Shown here piece by piece: positions 62,399-64,000 of a stretch of 64,000 nt of DNA; position 1 is the first letter of the stretch, and every line of letters begins with the position of its first letter. The position numbers and the translations under genes were made by a program. The stretch covers positions 130,486 through 194,485 of the forward strand of contig CAVYZT010000003.1 of NCBI GenBank assembly GCA_963773045.1, read 5' to 3'. Under the pieces are notes generated by a model that worked only from the letters and a program-made list of their open reading frames with translations, had not been told where the DNA came from and ran no database searches. Source of the DNA: an uncultured Acidobacteriota bacterium. GTDB lineage: Bacteria > Acidobacteriota > Vicinamibacteria > Vicinamibacterales > UBA2999.

Positions 62399-63382
62399 TC
62401 ATTGCGGCTCGCCACAAAACGGACAGCGGTCGGTCCGCGCGTGCAACGCCTTGCCGCACTTCCAGCAGAACCGGGACTGGACGGTCTCGCGCGCCTTGAG
62501 GCGCGTCTGGATCTCTTGCGCCTCGTCCACGGCCGCGCCTCCGGCCGCCATTGGCGCCGCGCGCCACAGGCGTTTGGGAGGAGTAGTCCGGCGAGCGGTC
62601 AGCACGGCATCCAGCAGATCCGACGCGCGCTGATAGCGGGCGGAGATGTCGGCGGCGATCGCCTTCATCACGATGTCGCTGATCGCCTTGGGCAGCTTGG
62701 GATTCTTCAGCCTGGGCGGCGAGGCCAGCTCGCCCCGCATCAGGCGTTCGAGGTCGGCCGGCGCCGGTGTGGCGTATGGCAGGACGCCGGTGAACATCTG
62801 GTACATCGTGATGCCCAGCGAGTAGATGTCGGAGGCAAAGACCGCCTTGCCATGAAACTGCTCGGGCGCCATGTACGGCGGGCTGCCGATCACGGTGGTC
62901 CCGTGCGCGGCGATCTCCAGAAAGCGCGAGGTTCCGAAGTCGGCGACCTTGACGATGCCCTGTTCGGTGACGAGCACGTTTCCCGGCCGCAGGTCCCGGT
63001 GGATGATCCCCTGGCTGTGCGCGTGATCCATCGCATTGCAGATCTGGCACGTGTAGTCCAGCGCGCGCGGCAGATCGAGCGCGCCCTCCCGCTCGACGAT
63101 CGCTTCGAGCGTGTCGCCGGGCACGTACTCCATCACGATGAAGAAGATGTCGTCCTGCTTCTCCGCCGTAAGGACGGTGACGATGTTGGGATGACTGAGC
63201 GACGCGAGCAGACGCGGTTCGCGGGCCAGCTCGCCGAAATCGAGATTCTGTTTGTGTGGAACCTTGATCGCGACCTTCTTTTCGATCCAGGTGTCTTCGG
63301 CCAGGTAAACGCTTCCGAACCCGCCACTTCCCAGCGGCGAGAGAATGCGGTACTTCCCGACCGTCTGCCCGCGAAAGAACAT
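62399..63382 (-). CDS. Ser/Thr protein kinase (Hanks type) with C-terminal zinc-ribbon
   Basis: GKYRILSPLGSGGFGSVYLA, VAIK, HRDLRPGNVLV, DFGTS, and the C-terminal CWKCGKALHARTDRCPFCG. I see no TM segment. Confidence 0.85.
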   Translation of the reverse strand: MFFRGQTVGKYRILSPLGSGGFGSVYLAEDTWIEKKVAIKVPHKQNLDFGELAREPRLLASLSHPNIVTVLTAEKQDDIFFIVMEYVPGDTLEAIVEREGALDLPRALDYTCQICNAMDHAHSQGIIHRDLRPGNVLVTEQGIVKVADFGTSRFLEIAAHGTTVIGSPPYMAPEQFHGKAVFASDIYSLGITMYQMFTGVLPYATPAPADLERLMRGELASPPRLKNPKLPKAISDIVMKAIAADISARYQRASDLLDAVLTARRTTPPKRLWRAAPMAAGGAAVDEAQEIQTRLKARETVQSRFCWKCGKALHARTDRCPFCGEPQ

Positions 63383-63407
63383 TGGTGTCGATGAGTATAC
63401 TCTCCGC

Positions 63408-64000
63408 GTGCGGCCGCGCTTTTACATCCCGGACGTCGATCCTGCGGCGGCACAGTTCGAGTTGCCCGAAGACGAAGCGGCGCACCTGGTGCGCGTGCTC
63501 CGGCTTGGCGAGGGCGACGAGATCGAAGTGTTCGATGGACGCGGCGGCGCGTGGCAGGCCAACATCGTCCGCACGGACAAGCACAGCGCAACCGTGCGGC
63601 GACATGCGCCCGCCGATTCAGCCGTCGAAACGGGCGTGCCCGTGACGATCGTCATCAGCGTGCCGAAAGCGGGGAAGATGGACGAGATCGTCCGCGACAC
63701 GGTGATGATCGGCGCGGCGGCGATTCGGCCCGTCATCAGCGCTCGGTCCGAAGCGAATCGTGACGCGCTCGCCGATGGCCATCGCGTCGCACGGTGGCAG
63801 CGCATTGCCGTTGCCTCGGCGAAGCAGTGCCGGCGAGCGGTTGTGCCGATCGTTCATGACGTCGTGGCGCTGCAGCAGTATCTGGGCGAGGCGCGCGACG
63901 GTACAAGGATCATGTGCGTGGAGCCGGGCGCATCGAAGACCGGTGTCACATCCGCACACGGCATCCAGAGGCCCGACGCGGCCGACGTCCTCATCGGCCC
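63408..64000 (+). CDS. rsmE: 16S rRNA (uracil1498-N3)-methyltransferase RsmE, N-terminal part; runs off the right window edge
   Basis: Absent from the ORF track because it has no stop in the window. My translation from the GTG at 63408 reads VRPRFYIPDVDPAAAQFELPEDEAAHLVRVLRLGEGDEIEVFDGRGGAWQANIV...KMDEIVRDTVMIGAAAIRPVIS...WQRIAVASAKQCRR. Confidence 0.8.
   Translation, partial: MRPRFYIPDVDPAAAQFELPEDEAAHLVRVLRLGEGDEIEVFDGRGGAWQANIVRTDKHSATVRRHAPADSAVETGVPVTIVISVPKAGKMDEIVRDTVMIGAAAIRPVISARSEANRDALADGHRVARWQRIAVASAKQCRRAVVPIVHDVVALQQYLGEARDGTRIMCVEPGASKTGVTSAHGIQRPDAADVLIG

Overview
This is a GC-rich, gene-dense chromosomal core segment. I recognise about 63 protein-coding genes and no rRNA, tRNA, CRISPR array, transposase, integrase or prophage genes.

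Gene content from left to right:
- A TetR-controlled RND efflux operon on the minus strand, with the permease running off the left edge.
- A string of small membrane proteins (DUF2085, VanZ-like), then an enoyl-CoA hydratase.
- ribH-nusB-lysS, then lolC/E-lolD.
- A minus-strand block: GYD protein, dienelactone hydrolase, fused MFS/spermidine-synthase-like protein, GH88, a frameshifted HIBADH-family dehydrogenase, and a cytochrome-c-domain protein with a secreted partner.
- clpC.
- A 12.8 kb co-directional block: bamA, lipoprotein, skp, a fabZ-lpxA fusion, lpxI, a Gfo/Idh/MocA oxidoreductase, then futalosine-pathway menaquinone genes (a cluster-less MqnC/E-like paralogue, mqnA, a radical-SAM MqnC/E, an amidohydrolase, a UbiA prenyltransferase, ubiE/menG).
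- tonB-like gene, miaA-hfq, deoB, a dGTPase-like gene.
- yceD-rpmF-fabD-fabG-acpP-fabF, then etfB-etfA-ETF:QO.
- A DUF374 acyltransferase-like protein, an HDAC-family deacetylase, and a GAF histidine kinase with a NarL-type response regulator.
- leuS-lptE-holA, an FtsX-permease remnant, rpsT, and a lytic transglycosylase.
- alaS (with an apparent 1-nt frameshift)-recX, ilvE, a Ser/Thr kinase, and rsmE (partial at the right edge).

The gene set suggests an Acidobacteriota-like organism: futalosine pathway, an acidobacterial-type FtsX remnant, the fused MFS/spermidine synthase, and a PSCyt-like cytochrome. This is inference and cannot be verified here.

I found no defence island and no clearly novel multi-gene system. 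The strongest unexplained signal is non-coding. About 19 intergenic spacers are filled, often exactly from stop codon to start codon, with degenerate short tandem repeats of period 7, 8, 9 or 11. These belong to a few word families that recur at distant loci in both orientations.

Secondary points of interest:
- A heme-c domain fused to a domain whose His/Met spacing resembles PHM/DBH-type copper monooxygenases.
- The FabZ-LpxA fusion.
- A CxxxCxxC-less radical-SAM-like paralogue in the mqn operon.
- Two large hairpin or inverted-repeat elements flanking the fab genes.
- Two single-base frameshifts, one of them in essential alaS.

Coordinates of features not taken from the ORF track were hand-indexed and may be off by 1-2 nt.
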